A stretch of 63,313 bases of DNA, filler included. It is 3 parts of 3 records of this genome, joined end to end, with 100 filler letters (N's around TTAATTAATTAA, not from the genome) between each part and the next. Parts side by side here need not be neighbours in the genome. Positions count along the whole stretch, not along the records: positions 1 to 30,913 come from SRR22947725_8016; positions 31,014 to 40,331 come from SRR22947725_8037; 1 more part is not named here. One strand, given 5' to 3'. The translations under genes and the position numbers were made by a program. The notes beneath the pieces were generated by a model. It searched no databases. It saw nothing but the letters and a program-made list of their open reading frames with translations, and had not been told where the DNA came from. Below are positions 20,881 through 32,981 of this stretch, piece by piece; position 1 is the first letter of the stretch, and each line of letters starts with the position of its first letter.

Positions 20881-21612
20881 TTAGGCTCCTAGAGAGCCCA
20901 AGTAGAGCTCGATGACCTTGGGATCGTGAAGGAGCTCTCGGCCCGTTCCCGTGTAGGCGTCCTTGCCCTGATCTAGGACGTAGCCGCGATCACAAATCTG
21001 GAGGCAACGACGGGCATTCTGCTCCACCATAATTGTGGTCACACCAGCCTTGTTGATGTCCGAGACTCGGATGAATGCCTCATCCTGGCGCACGGGGGAC
21101 AAGCCCGCTGAAGGCTCGTCCAGCAGCAGCACGGAGGGGTTCATCATCAAAGCACGGCCCATAGCGACCATTTGCCGCTCGCCGCCCGAGAGAGACCCTG
21201 CACGCTGCTTGAGGCGTGCTCCCAGTTCCGCAAAAAGACTGATGACAAGTTCTAGTCCCTCGGAGTACATTTGGGGTTGTTGGTAGACACCCATTTGGAG
21301 GTTTTCCTCGATGGTGAGGCTCGGGAACACATTGTTGTTCTGCGGAACGTAGCCGACACCACGCGCTACCAACTTGTCCGCCTGGAGGCCGGTAACGTCC
21401 TCACCGTTGAGGAAGATGCTACCGCTACGGATTTTGGACTGGCCAAAGACCGCCTTCAGCAACGTTGACTTTCCTGCGCCGTTGGGGCCGATGATTCCGA
21501 TGAGCTCGCCTTTGCGAGCTTCCAAGTTAGTGCCGTTGAGGATGTCTACACCGGGTAGATATCCAGCAACAAGATTGTCGACACGGACGACCATGTCATC
21601 TGAGGTAGTCAT
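20881..21612 (-). CDS. livF: Branched-chain amino acid ABC ATPase (LivF-like)
   Basis: GPNGAGKST, LSGGERQM, LLDEPS, VEQN. Confidence 0.88.
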   Translation of the reverse strand: MTTSDDMVVRVDNLVAGYLPGVDILNGTNLEARKGELIGIIGPNGAGKSTLLKAVFGQSKIRSGSIFLNGEDVTGLQADKLVARGVGYVPQNNNVFPSLTIEENLQMGVYQQPQMYSEGLELVISLFAELGARLKQRAGSLSGGERQMVAMGRALMMNPSVLLLDEPSAGLSPVRQDEAFIRVSDINKAGVTTIMVEQNARRCLQICDRGYVLDQGKDAYTGTGRELLHDPKVIELYLGSLGA

Positions 21613-21615
21613 GAG

Positions 21616-22515
21616 TTAGCTGGTCCCCTTTGGCTCAGTGAAGCGGCCAGTGACGACCCCTAAGTCCACATCTTGGTGGCTCCCGAGGTAGGCATCGACC
21701 ACTGCCTCGTTCTTCATGACCACGTCAGGGGGACCTTCAGCGATGACGCAACCCTCGGCCATCACCACCACCCAGTCGGCAATGTGGCGAACCATTTGCA
21801 TGTCGTGTTCCACGAACAACACCGTCATGCCCTGTGCTTTGAGATTAAGAATATGACCCAGTAGAGATTCTGTGAGGGCTGGGTTTACCCCAGCCATGGG
21901 CTCGTCCAGCATCACCAAAGTGGGCTCGGACATGAGCGCTCGCGCCATTTCAAGCAGCTTGCGCTGTCCTCCTGACAGGCTCGCAGCGAAGTCATCCTTG
22001 AGCTTTAGGAGCCTGAATCTCTCGAGAATTTCGAGTGCCCGCGCCTCAATTTCTGCTTCCTGCTTTTTCCATAACCACGGGAAAATGGACTTGATCAGCG
22101 ATTCTCCGGTCTGATTCTTCGCCCCAAGCTTCATGTTCTCCAGCACCGTGAGAAGTCCCAAGGCCTTGGTGAGCTGGAAAGTTCGAACTTGCCCCATCCG
22201 GGCGACCTTGTGCGCGGGCAAACCGGCCAAGTCGGACCCAGAAAAGGACCACGAACCAGAGTTAGGTTTATCGAACCCGGTGAGCAAGTTGAACAAGGTG
22301 GTCTTTCCGGCACCGTTGGGACCGATCAGAGCAGTAATCGCGCCTCGGGGAATCTCGAGATGTTCAACGTCCACCGCAGTCAGACCACCAAAACTCCTAG
22401 AAACATGGTCAGCGACCAGAATTGGATCGACCTTTTTCACACCGGGACCGGCTTCACCAATGTGGAGTCCTGTCGACTTTTCGGGTGGCTTCTCCCCAGG
22501 GTTGCTATTTGACAA
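21616..22515 (-). CDS. livG: Branched-chain amino acid ABC ATPase (LivG-like)
   Basis: FGGLTAV, GPNGAGKTT, LSGGQRKLLE, VEHDM, AYLG. Confidence 0.88.
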   Translation of the reverse strand: MSNSNPGEKPPEKSTGLHIGEAGPGVKKVDPILVADHVSRSFGGLTAVDVEHLEIPRGAITALIGPNGAGKTTLFNLLTGFDKPNSGSWSFSGSDLAGLPAHKVARMGQVRTFQLTKALGLLTVLENMKLGAKNQTGESLIKSIFPWLWKKQEAEIEARALEILERFRLLKLKDDFAASLSGGQRKLLEMARALMSEPTLVMLDEPMAGVNPALTESLLGHILNLKAQGMTVLFVEHDMQMVRHIADWVVVMAEGCVIAEGPPDVVMKNEAVVDAYLGSHQDVDLGVVTGRFTEPKGTS

Positions 22516-23485
22516 AGGTCAACTCCCTCTTATCTCCAACAAGCCCCTGCGGTCGGATAACCACCAGGACGATCAGCAGGATACCGACCAAGACGAAGCG
22601 CAACGACCCTGCTTGAGCCGAGGACAGTGCCCCCAGCACCCCGAGGTCCGCTAGGGCGGGCAGGAGGGAACCGAGGAACGCCTGGAGGACCCAGAAAATT
22701 ACCGCCCCGAGCAGAGGGCCAAAAACGGTTGCAGCTCCACCAAGGAGCAACGCTGTCCAAACAAAGAAGGTCAACGAGGTAGCAAAAAGCATGGGGTTCG
22801 CAGAGGTCGGCATGACATACAGCGCTCCGCCCAGTCCGGCGATCACACCCCCCACTACCAGAGCCTGCATCTTGTAAGCGAACACGTTTTTTCCGAGGGC
22901 ACGCACGGCGTCCTCGTCTTCCCTAATTCCCTTGACCACTCGCCCCCACGGGCTCTTCACCAGTCGCCAGACAAACAAGAGGCAGACAGCGAGCATGACG
23001 AGGCTGAGAGTCAGCACCCAAAACTGGTTTGCGGTGTAACTCCAGGGCCCAAATCCGTAGGCGCCGGGAGGGAAAGGGTTCACAGACCGGAAGTCGTCGG
23101 CATACGCGACCAGACCGTCGGCCGAGCCCGTGGTCTTAATCCAGGTTGTGGAAAGAAGCAGCAGACGAATGATCTCGGCCGCCGCAATGGTCACAATTGC
23201 CAGATAGTCGCCTCGAAGTTGCAGAGTCGGAATACCCATCAAGAGAGCGAAAAGTGCTGAGGCAACCATGGAGGCCAAGAAAGCCGCCCACCAAGGGAAA
23301 CCGAAAGTAAGCGAAGAAATCGCGTAACCGTAGGCCCCTACTGCCATGAACCCGGCGATACCGAAGTTCAACAGGCCGACGAATCCGAAGTGAACGGCCA
23401 GTCCCAAAGCAGCCATTGCGAATGCAACGGTGACCGGGCTAAAGAGTGCCTGCGCAGTATTGACAAGCAGCGAATTCCAATCCAT
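22505..23485 (-). CDS. livM: Branched-chain amino acid ABC permease (LivM-like)
   Basis: LRGDYLAIVT, SPWGRV..IREDE.A..LG. Confidence 0.88.
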   Translation of the reverse strand: MDWNSLLVNTAQALFSPVTVAFAMAALGLAVHFGFVGLLNFGIAGFMAVGAYGYAISSLTFGFPWWAAFLASMVASALFALLMGIPTLQLRGDYLAIVTIAAAEIIRLLLLSTTWIKTTGSADGLVAYADDFRSVNPFPPGAYGFGPWSYTANQFWVLTLSLVMLAVCLLFVWRLVKSPWGRVVKGIREDEDAVRALGKNVFAYKMQALVVGGVIAGLGGALYVMPTSANPMLFATSLTFFVWTALLLGGAATVFGPLLGAVIFWVLQAFLGSLLPALADLGVLGALSSAQAGSLRFVLVGILLIVLVVIRPQGLVGDKRELTFVK

Positions 23486-23495
23486 TGCGGTTCCC

Positions 23496-24800
23496 CTAAC
23501 CTATTCGCTCTCGGCGCCCCAGGATGCCCTGAGGTCGGAAGAGAAGAACAATAATCATGACAACCAAGGCGCCCACGTACTTCAAGTCAGAAGGAATAAA
23601 CTGCGCGGACGTTTCGATTAGGAGCCCCACAATCATTGCTCCAACCAGAGCCCCAAAGGCCGTGCCCAGCCCCCCCAGTACCCCAGCCGCGAAGATGAAC
23701 AGCAGGATTTTCTCTCCCATGTCCCATTTTAGTCCGGGCCTGAAATAGGCCCACAGAATGCCGGCGAGGCCTGCGAGACCACCGGCCAAAATCCACACGA
23801 CGCGAATCACGCGATCAACATCGATCCCAGAGGCTGCGGCGAGGCCGGCGTTGTCCGAGACTGCTCGAGTTGCTTTGCCCATCTTGCTTCGCAACAACCA
23901 GAAAGCAAATCCGACGAGTACGAGCAAGCTAATGCCCATGCTGAAAATGTCGTTGACGCTCAGCGACACAGTCCTGAAAAGGTTTATTTCAGCAGACCCG
24001 AGCGCCCCAGGAAGTTGCTCGGTGCCGCCGCCGAGGAAGGCCTGCGTGACGTAACGAAGGGTAAGCGAGAGCCCAATCGAAACAATCATCATTTGCACGA
24101 TGCCCACACCGCGTTGACGCAACGGGAACCAAATCCCCCGGTCAAGCGCCCAGCCCAATCCAGCCGAGAGTGCGACGGCGAGGGGAAAGGCGAGCAGGAG
24201 CGGGATTCCCAGCGCTGAAAGGAAGAGGGTGAATAGCGCCCCGGCGGTGACCATTTCGCCGTGTGCAAAGTTGGGCAACGCGGTCGTGCCAAATACAAGA
24301 GACAGTCCGATCGCGGCCAGGCCCAACAGGAGGCCAAAGTTTAAGCCGGCAAAGATTCGCATGAGGAACTGATCAAATTGACTTGTGGGGTTCCTTTCGC
24401 CCTCGCCTATGAAAAAGTTCCAGACGACACGGTTGGAGTAGCCCCATTCCATCGATTGGGTGGCGCCGCCTTCGAGCACGGCAACTCCTTCGGGCAGCGT
24501 ATCTTCCACCAAGCTGATGTCGTAAGGGCCGGCCTCGGGAACACCAATAGACCATTTGCCTTCGGCATCGGTCGTTACTTCGGCGGTGTATCCATTGCCT
24601 TCGACAATGATGCGAACCCCTTCGAGCGGAGTTCCCTCATTCTTAACGTTTCCTGAAATCTGATTCTCATAGTCTTCACCGACAGAATCGGCAAAGGCGG
24701 GAGCTCCGGCGAAGACACCGATCACAGCGAGGAGGGAGATCAGAAGGGCTTTCGCCAGACGACTCAGTGTTCCTGGCCTCGAACGTTCGACAAATTCCAC
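23496..24800 (-). CDS. livH: Branched-chain amino acid ABC permease (LivH-like) with extra N-terminal exported domain
   Basis: NFAHGE, GKATRAVSDN..LA..SGI, RPQGILG; GTG at 24800 follows GGAGG. Confidence 0.85.
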   Translation of the reverse strand: MEFVERSRPGTLSRLAKALLISLLAVIGVFAGAPAFADSVGEDYENQISGNVKNEGTPLEGVRIIVEGNGYTAEVTTDAEGKWSIGVPEAGPYDISLVEDTLPEGVAVLEGGATQSMEWGYSNRVVWNFFIGEGERNPTSQFDQFLMRIFAGLNFGLLLGLAAIGLSLVFGTTALPNFAHGEMVTAGALFTLFLSALGIPLLLAFPLAVALSAGLGWALDRGIWFPLRQRGVGIVQMMIVSIGLSLTLRYVTQAFLGGGTEQLPGALGSAEINLFRTVSLSVNDIFSMGISLLVLVGFAFWLLRSKMGKATRAVSDNAGLAAASGIDVDRVIRVVWILAGGLAGLAGILWAYFRPGLKWDMGEKILLFIFAAGVLGGLGTAFGALVGAMIVGLLIETSAQFIPSDLKYVGALVVMIIVLLFRPQGILGRRERIG

Positions 24801-25017
24801 AGTTCCTCCGGCTACTCGGGAAAAGGAAGGGGCCGCGGGGAGTACCCTCACGTCATCCTCGACGTCAAATTTTTTCATACTTTTTAGTTCGCAAATCTTT
24901 GAAGGGGTTTTGTGCAAGTGATGCCATTATGCCTAGGTAACGCGCCGGGGTCTAACCAGTTACGATGTATCGCAACGCAATTGTGAGGTTTGAAGCGCCA
25001 TTAGCGCCTAAAAGTAG

Positions 25018-26529
<1,512 letters not shown>

Positions 26530-26552
26530 AGGGCGCCGATAGGCTACTGGTC

Positions 26553-27662
26553 GTGAATGAAGTAGAGATTGGTCTCACCAAACGAGCCACGCGTGGATAT
26601 TCCCTGGATGATGTTGCGGTTATCCCTTCGAGGCGAACCCGTGACCCTGAAGATGTGAACCTGACCTGGACGATCGATGCGTTCACATTTGATACCCCCG
26701 TCATCGCCGCTCCGATGGACTCCGTGATGTCCCCCGCTACCGCAATCGCTCTGGGCAAACAGGGCGGTCTTGGAGTACTCAACCTGGAGGGACTCTGGAC
26801 CAGGTATGAAGACCCCACTTCGGTGTATCAAGACATTGCCGGCCTTTCCGAGGGTGAAGTCACCCGCGGATTACAGCGCATCTATGCCGAGCCGATTAAG
26901 GCAGAACTGATCACGCAGCGCTTGCAGGAAATCCGTGAGAGCGGCGTTCCCGTAGCCGGGTCACTGAGTCCCCAGCGCACTCGTGAGTTTCACGAGACGG
27001 TGGTGAAAGCCGGTGTCGACTTGTTTATTATTCGTGGCACTACCGTGAGCGCGGAACACGTCAGCCAAAACCGGGAGCCGCTGAATCTTAAGGAGTTCAT
27101 CTACGAACTCGATGTTCCCGTCATCGTCGGGGGTGCTGCCACCTATACGGCGGCACTGCACCTGATGCGCACCGGTGCCGCCGGTGTGCTTGTCGGCTTT
27201 GGTGGAGGTGCCGCCTCCAGCACCCGGGCATCGCTGGGTATCCACGCACCCATGGCGAGCGCGATTTCGGATGTGGCCAGTGCGAGGCGCGATTACCTGG
27301 ATGAGTCCGGCGGGCGCTACGTTCACGTCATCGCCGATGGGGGCCTTGGCCAAAGTGGAGATATTGTCGCTGCCATCGCCACCGGCGCAGATGCGGTCAT
27401 GCTCGGATCTACTCTGGCCAGAGCCTCTGAGGCACCAGGTTTGGGCTGGCATTGGGGCCAAGAAGCTCACCACCCCACGATGCCCAGGGGTTATCGGGCC
27501 TATGTGGGCGAGGGGGGAAGCCTGGAGGAGGTGCTTTTTGGCCCCGCACATTCCGCTGATGGCCGCACCAACCTGATGGGTGCACTGCGACACTCGATGG
27601 CGACCTGTGGGTATTCCGAGCTTAAAGAATTCCAACGCGTCGACGTCGTCATCCAGCGCTAA
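26553..27662 (+). CDS. guaB3: GuaB3 family IMP dehydrogenase-related protein
   Basis: PSRRTRDP, HLMRTGAAGVLVG, DYLDESGGRYVHVIADGG. Confidence 0.9.
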   Translation: MNEVEIGLTKRATRGYSLDDVAVIPSRRTRDPEDVNLTWTIDAFTFDTPVIAAPMDSVMSPATAIALGKQGGLGVLNLEGLWTRYEDPTSVYQDIAGLSEGEVTRGLQRIYAEPIKAELITQRLQEIRESGVPVAGSLSPQRTREFHETVVKAGVDLFIIRGTTVSAEHVSQNREPLNLKEFIYELDVPVIVGGAATYTAALHLMRTGAAGVLVGFGGGAASSTRASLGIHAPMASAISDVASARRDYLDESGGRYVHVIADGGLGQSGDIVAAIATGADAVMLGSTLARASEAPGLGWHWGQEAHHPTMPRGYRAYVGEGGSLEEVLFGPAHSADGRTNLMGALRHSMATCGYSELKEFQRVDVVIQR

Positions 27663-27706
27663 ATACCCACCTGGCCTTCAGGCCTTCGCTTTAGTCTGGA
27701 AAGACG

Positions 27707-28459
27707 ATGACCAATCCTTTGAGCGTGTGGCGCGTGGCGGTGCGTCCGCGGTGGCTCGCAGCGTTAGCGCTCGCCCTCGTTGTCGCAGCGGTTTTTGCCG
27801 CCCTAGGCCAGTGGCAGCTCGAGCGCAGTATTGCTTCAGCCACCATCATCGAGCGCGACACGGAGACGGTGATTGCCTTGGATGCTCTTGAGCAACCGCA
27901 GTCGACCATGACCACCGAGGGCAGCGGTCGCATGGTGAGTATCACCTGCACGATCAATCCGGTCGATGACGTGGTGGTGACGAATCGTCAAGCAGAGGAT
28001 CGTGCAGGCTCGTGGTTAGTGCGCCATTGCGTGACGGAGGCGGGAAACTCTCTTGTTGTGGTGGCCGGGTGGTTGCAGGTCGGTAATGAGGAAGCGAGCA
28101 TCGCCGGGGATCAGGGGATAGTGGTCGGGCGCTATGTCCCTACCGAATCCCCCCAGCAAACAGATTTGTTTGATGGACAGCGAGAGGCAGTTGCTGTTGC
28201 AGAGCTGTTGAACCTCTGGCGGGACCCGGGACCCGTGTATGGGGGCTATCTGGTCATGGGGCAGGCCCCAGAAGGTTTAGACACCATTGCCACATCGGCG
28301 CCGGAGGCCGAGCGGTCTCTCAATATTTTGAACCTTTTTTATGCGCTGGAATGGGCGATCTTTGGTCTCTTTGCCCTCTATCTGTGGTTCCGCCTGGTGA
28401 AAGATGCCTGGGAGCGTGAGCTCGAAGAGGCTCAAGTGCTTGACGCTAAACTTGTCTGA
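27707..28459 (+). CDS. SURF1 family membrane protein
   Basis: N-terminal TM with LGQWQLER; C-terminal YALEW..F. Confidence 0.75.
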   Translation: MTNPLSVWRVAVRPRWLAALALALVVAAVFAALGQWQLERSIASATIIERDTETVIALDALEQPQSTMTTEGSGRMVSITCTINPVDDVVVTNRQAEDRAGSWLVRHCVTEAGNSLVVVAGWLQVGNEEASIAGDQGIVVGRYVPTESPQQTDLFDGQREAVAVAELLNLWRDPGPVYGGYLVMGQAPEGLDTIATSAPEAERSLNILNLFYALEWAIFGLFALYLWFRLVKDAWERELEEAQVLDAKLV

Positions 28460-28878
28460 TGGCTGTTCCTCTTATCCCCCGCACGGTGGTACCTGATCGG
28501 CTTCAGGGGGCGCTTGGCTGGTATCGCGTCGCGGCTTACATCACCGGTATCTTGCTGATTTTGCTGAGCGTGGAGATGGTGGCGAAATATGGATATGGGT
28601 TAGAACTGGAAATGAATGGCGGCCAAGGGTTCCTCGCTTTTGTTCCTGATGGAACCGTCCAAGCAATCAACCTGTCCTCCCTCATTCTGATCGTGCATGG
28701 CTGGTTCTATGTCGTGTATTTGTTCACCTGTTTTCGGATTTGGTCCATCTTGCGCTGGCCCCTCTGGCGTTTCCTCTGGTTGGCATCGGGTGGGCTGGTT
28801 CCCTTACTTTCCTTCCCCATCGAGCATTATGCGACGAAGACTGTTCGGGGCGTTTTGCGCGAAATACGAGGAGAGTAG
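28459..28878 (+). CDS. DUF3817-type membrane protein
   Basis: [28 protein letters not shown]. Confidence 0.75.
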   Translation: MAVPLIPRTVVPDRLQGALGWYRVAAYITGILLILLSVEMVAKYGYGLELEMNGGQGFLAFVPDGTVQAINLSSLILIVHGWFYVVYLFTCFRIWSILRWPLWRFLWLASGGLVPLLSFPIEHYATKTVRGVLREIRGE

Positions 28879-30458
28879 TGAGCGAATCCGCGGCTACACC
28901 TCGCCCGGTTCTGGTCATCGACTTTGGCGCCCAGTATGCGCAGCTAATCGCTAGACGGGTCCGCGAAGCGGGCGTGTATTCAGAAATTATTTCTCACACG
29001 GCGAGCGCGAAAGACATCGCCGCCAAAAACCCTGTGGCGTTGGTGTTAAGTGGCGGCCCCTCCAGCGTCTATGAGGAGGGTTCCCCCATCTTGCAGCCAG
29101 GGATTTTGGAGCTGGGGCTTCCGGTGCTGGGAATTTGTTATGGCTTCCAGGTGATGGCCAGGGAGCTCGGCGGCGTCGTGGGAAATACTGGTTTGCGCGA
29201 ATACGGAGCCACCCAGGCCACCGTGAATCCTGACCTAACCCCTCTTTTTGCCGGGCAGCCCGGAACCCAAACCACGTGGATGTCACACGGTGACCAGGTT
29301 CAGCAGGCCCCTCCAGGATTCGATGTTCTTGCCACCACTGAGGCCACTGCTGTTGCGGCTTTTGGCTCCCTCGAGCGCTCACTCTTTGGGGTGCAGTGGC
29401 ACCCCGAAGTCAAACACTCTCCTTATGGCCAGGAAGTGCTCGATAACTTTCTTCACGACATTGCTGGCCTTGATCGCTCGTGGAACAGCGAGCACGTCAT
29501 CGCCGCTCAAATCGAAGCCATCCGCGACCAGGTGGGGGATGGCCTGGTGATGTGTGGGCTTTCTGGTGGGGTGGACTCGGCTGTGGCTGCTGCTCTGGTT
29601 CACAAGGCCATCGGGGACCAGCTCACCTGCGTTTTTGTTGACCATGGTTTGTTGCGTGAAGGTGAGCGTCGCCAGGTGGAGGAAGATTTCGTCGCCGCCA
29701 CCGGTGTCCGGCTCGTCACATTCGATGCTGCGGAAAAGTTCGTCGGAGCTCTCGCGGGGGTCAGCGACCCCGAGGAAAAACGCAAGATTATTGGCCGTGA
29801 ATTTATTCGAAGCTTTGAAGAAGCATCCACTTCGGTTGTGGAGCAAGCTCACGTTGCAGGCGGCGAGGTAAAGTTCCTGGTTCAGGGCACCCTCTACCCC
29901 GACGTGGTGGAAAGCGGTGGCGGATCAGGAACTGCCGTGATCAAGAGCCACCACAATGTCGGCGGGCTTCCCGAAGACATGGAGTTTGCTCTCGTAGAAC
30001 CACTACGGACGCTATTCAAGGACGAAGTCCGAGAAATGGGCCGCCAGCTGGGTTTGCCCGAAGCCATTGTGGGACGCCACCCCTTCCCTGGCCCAGGCTT
30101 GGGGATTCGGATTGTTGGGGAAGTCACCCAAGAACGTCTGGACATCTTGCGGGCAGCGGACGCTATTGTTCGCGAAGAAATGACCAAGGCTGGTCTGGAC
30201 GAAGAAATTTGGCAGTGCCCCGTTGTTCTTCTCGCTGATGTTCGATCTGTGGGTGTTCAAGGCGATGGCAGAACGTATGGCCACCCCATAGTGTTGCGCC
30301 CGGTCTCTAGCGAAGACGCGATGACAGCGGATTGGACCCGAATGCCCTATGACGTTCTTGCGGTTATTTCTAACCGCATCACCAACGAGGTGCCAGAGGT
30401 CAACCGAGTCGTTCTGGATGTGACCAGCAAACCGCCCGGCACTATCGAGTGGGAATAG
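28878..30458 (+). CDS. guaA: GMP synthase (glutamine-hydrolysing)
   Basis: [45 protein letters not shown] start at 28878. Confidence 0.97.
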   Translation: MSESAATPRPVLVIDFGAQYAQLIARRVREAGVYSEIISHTASAKDIAAKNPVALVLSGGPSSVYEEGSPILQPGILELGLPVLGICYGFQVMARELGGVVGNTGLREYGATQATVNPDLTPLFAGQPGTQTTWMSHGDQVQQAPPGFDVLATTEATAVAAFGSLERSLFGVQWHPEVKHSPYGQEVLDNFLHDIAGLDRSWNSEHVIAAQIEAIRDQVGDGLVMCGLSGGVDSAVAAALVHKAIGDQLTCVFVDHGLLREGERRQVEEDFVAATGVRLVTFDAAEKFVGALAGVSDPEEKRKIIGREFIRSFEEASTSVVEQAHVAGGEVKFLVQGTLYPDVVESGGGSGTAVIKSHHNVGGLPEDMEFALVEPLRTLFKDEVREMGRQLGLPEAIVGRHPFPGPGLGIRIVGEVTQERLDILRAADAIVREEMTKAGLDEEIWQCPVVLLADVRSVGVQGDGRTYGHPIVLRPVSSEDAMTADWTRMPYDVLAVISNRITNEVPEVNRVVLDVTSKPPGTIEWE

Positions 30459-30462
30459 CTGC

Positions 30463-30913
30463 TTACGTAGATGAACGAACAATCAGTTCGGGTTGGAACA
30501 CAACTTTTCGAGGTTTCATGCCGGAGTGACTGGCCTCTTCTTTGAGCAGCTTCAGCGCGGTCTCGCCCATGAGAGCACTGGGCTGACGGATAGAGGTCAG
30601 GGGAACAATCGCAGACGTGGCGAAATCTATGTCGTCATAGCCAACAATCGCAATATCCCCCGGAACAGCAATATCGCCTGCAGCCACGAGCGCCTGCAGC
30701 AAGCCCAGGGCAACCAGATCGTTAGCGGCGAAAATGGCGTCGGGCCTGTCTGCTTCATCCATGGCGAGCAGGCTGTGGCCAACTCGACGTCCCTCAAGAA
30801 CAGTGGTGGCCACAGTTTCCAAGACAATCAGCGACGCCTCGGGCTGGCTCTCCATAGCGCTCCGCGCTCCCAGGAGGCGATCGCGGACCTGTGGGATATC
30901 CAAGGGCCCCCCC
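30463..30913 (-). CDS. LacI family transcriptional regulator, C-terminal part (truncated by contig end)
   Basis: AIFAANDLVALG, VPGDIAIVGYDD, PLTSIRQP, ELIVRSST. Confidence 0.88.
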
Positions 30914-31013
30914 NNNNNNNNNNNNNNNNNNNNNNNNNNNNNNNNNNNNNNNNNNNNTTAATTAATTAANNNNNNNNNNNNNNNNNNNNNNNNNNNNNNN
31001 NNNNNNNNNNNNN
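30914..31013. other. Artificial contig linker (Ns flanking TTAATTAATTAA)
   Basis: N44 + six-frame stop + N44. Confidence 0.99.
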
Positions 31014-31409
31014 GCAATTTTTTAAACCGCAGAGGTCGCCGAGAGCGGGGAGATTTTGGGAGGTGAAAAAAGAAAAAAAACGAATCCACTCGGCGAGACC
31101 TCAGCGTTCTCAGCGTATGGTCCGGTCTGCTCCGCATCCGGTCTTGTCGTCGTTGCACTCCTCGAAACTGCGGTGACCCCTTGCCGAAGCCTAGTCTAGC
31201 TTTATGAGAGGAAGGGGAAGAATGAAGCTGAAGCTTGAGCATCCGCCATCACTCCAAAATTGGAAGACGTGGCTCTAATGAACAGATGGTTACTCCGTTT
31301 CGGAGTCAGACATGATTACTTACAAGTATTTTTCGACAAAACTTATGTTATTCCATTTAAAGACATTCTGACGATTTGCTCAGATCCCCAGAAGCAGGGT
31401 AAGGCAGAA

Positions 31410-31748
31410 TCAGCCTGGAGGCCAGGTCATAGGGCGGCCACCGAGCAAGTGCACGTGTAGGTGGGGGACGGTTTCGCCGCCGTCTTGACCGCAGTTGATG
31501 ACAATACGAAAACCCTTCTCCAAATTAAGCTTTTTAGCCACCGAGGCGGCCGTGAGCAAGAGATGCCCGAGTATGGATTGCTCCTCGGATCTAGCCTCGG
31601 TAATGCGCGGAATCACTATTTTAGGGACAACGAGCAGGTGAATCGGTGCCTGCGGGTCGATATCATGGATGACAATGCAGTGCTCATCCTCGTGTTCGAT
31701 TTTGGCTGGTATTTCCCGCGCAATAATACGCTCAAAAAGGGTTTTCAT
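31410..31748 (-). CDS. Histidine triad (HIT/HinT) nucleotide-binding protein
   Basis: DIDPQAPIHLLVVPK, GETVPHLHVHLLGGR. Confidence 0.93.
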   Translation of the reverse strand: MKTLFERIIAREIPAKIEHEDEHCIVIHDIDPQAPIHLLVVPKIVIPRITEARSEEQSILGHLLLTAASVAKKLNLEKGFRIVINCGQDGGETVPHLHVHLLGGRPMTWPPG

Positions 31749-31816
31749 AATCTTAAAACTTTGGATTCTGTTGGCGAAAGATGGTCACAAACTCGGCCAT
31801 TAAGTCAGTATGCGCA

Positions 31817-32296
31817 TTATAAAACCACCACCTGCAGGCGTGAGCCTTTGGTTGCCCACGCGCAGACGAGCTCGTCGATCCATTGCCGCACACGCTGGTA
31901 TCGGGCTTCGCGAGGCTTCGTCCAGTATTTGCCTGCAGGGCAGACGGCTTCCCGCAGACCAGTGACCAGGAGGAGCCCTTTACGGCGACCAGCCAGCTTC
32001 TTCATCTCCACAACAATGGCTTGGCGAATCCAGAGGGGGCTAAAGTCTTCTAACCAGGGCACATGCCAGTGGGCGAACGCGCATTCGGCTGGTTCACCCG
32101 AGTCGCCGAAGTGGAGTCGCCTTAGCTGGTCGACATACTCGCCCAACGAGATCAGCGCCAGATCGGCCGGGTGCTCCTGGTATGCGAACTCAAGCACACG
32201 GCGCGCGTGCTCTGCGCGCTCTGGGTCGGAGACGCGCCCAAGGAGCTCGTTCAGGGTCCGAAGTTGATCGACCAGGTTCGCCGTGGCTTTAGGCAT
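31817..32296 (-). CDS. Hypothetical protein (159 aa) overlapping the nrdR stop
   Basis: ATG at 32296 overlaps the end of nrdR; protein-like composition; fills the space between nrdR and HIT. Confidence 0.7.
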   Translation of the reverse strand: MPKATANLVDQLRTLNELLGRVSDPERAEHARRVLEFAYQEHPADLALISLGEYVDQLRRLHFGDSGEPAECAFAHWHVPWLEDFSPLWIRQAIVVEMKKLAGRRKGLLLVTGLREAVCPAGKYWTKPREARYQRVRQWIDELVCAWATKGSRLQVVVL

Positions 32297-32753
32297 TTTC
32301 AGTGGATGCTTTGAGCTCGTTGATTTCCTGCGCCAACTCGCTGAGATCACGGAAGTCTTTATAAACGGACGCATAGCGCACGTAGGCGATCTGGTCGAGA
32401 TGTTTGAGGCGGAGCATAATCTGCTCGCCGATGGCATGCGCCGGGATCTCATGGTCGAACTCCTTTTCAAGGGCGGCCAACACGTCAGCGATTAACATTT
32501 CGATCTGCAACACGTCAATTGGGCGCTTCTCGACGGCTTTCTTTAATCCGCCCAGCATCTTAGCCCGGTCGAAGTCTTCACGACGGCCATCACGCTTGAC
32601 GACTTGCAGATCGGCGCGGAGGACTTCCTCGATCGTCGTAAAGCGGTAGCCACAATCAATGCACTCACGGCGGCGACGGATCGAGGTTTCGTTTTTACCG
32701 GTTCGGGTATCGAGCACTTTCGTCTCGAGAGAGGCACATTTAGGGCAGCGCAT
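32289..32753 (-). CDS. nrdR: Transcriptional repressor NrdR
   Basis: [22 protein letters not shown] zinc ribbon plus ATP-cone [18 protein letters not shown]. Confidence 0.97.
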   Translation of the reverse strand: MRCPKCASLETKVLDTRTGKNETSIRRRRECIDCGYRFTTIEEVLRADLQVVKRDGRREDFDRAKMLGGLKKAVEKRPIDVLQIEMLIADVLAALEKEFDHEIPAHAIGEQIMLRLKHLDQIAYVRYASVYKDFRDLSELAQEINELKASTENA

Positions 32754-32816
32754 GATAAGCAATAAGAATACAAGAGCGGGTAGCGAGAAGTCCCACTTGT
32801 CGATTTAAACAGAATA

Positions 32817-32861
32817 ATACTAGATCTAGTGCAAATCGAAAGCAATTACTATATTTAGTGA
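32817..32861. promoter_or_regulatory. Two NrdR-box-like palindromes upstream of nrdR
   Basis: ATACTAGATCTAGTGC (32817-32832) and TTACTATATTTAGTGA (32846-32861) vs consensus acaCwAtATaTwGtgt. Confidence 0.7.
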
Positions 32862-32981
32862 ATCTCCTATAAACTGCGAGCTCGATTTTAGAGCAGCCGT
32901 TAAGGCAGACATGCTGATTAAAAAAGCAAATGAAGGAGGCGTATGTAGAGCGCCTGAATCAGCTAGACGAATGGGCCAAGG

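Noticed and set aside
30958-30969. TTAATTAATTAA palindrome as a biological site
   Set aside because: Embedded in N-runs and repeated at 40376-40387; an artificial six-frame stop linker
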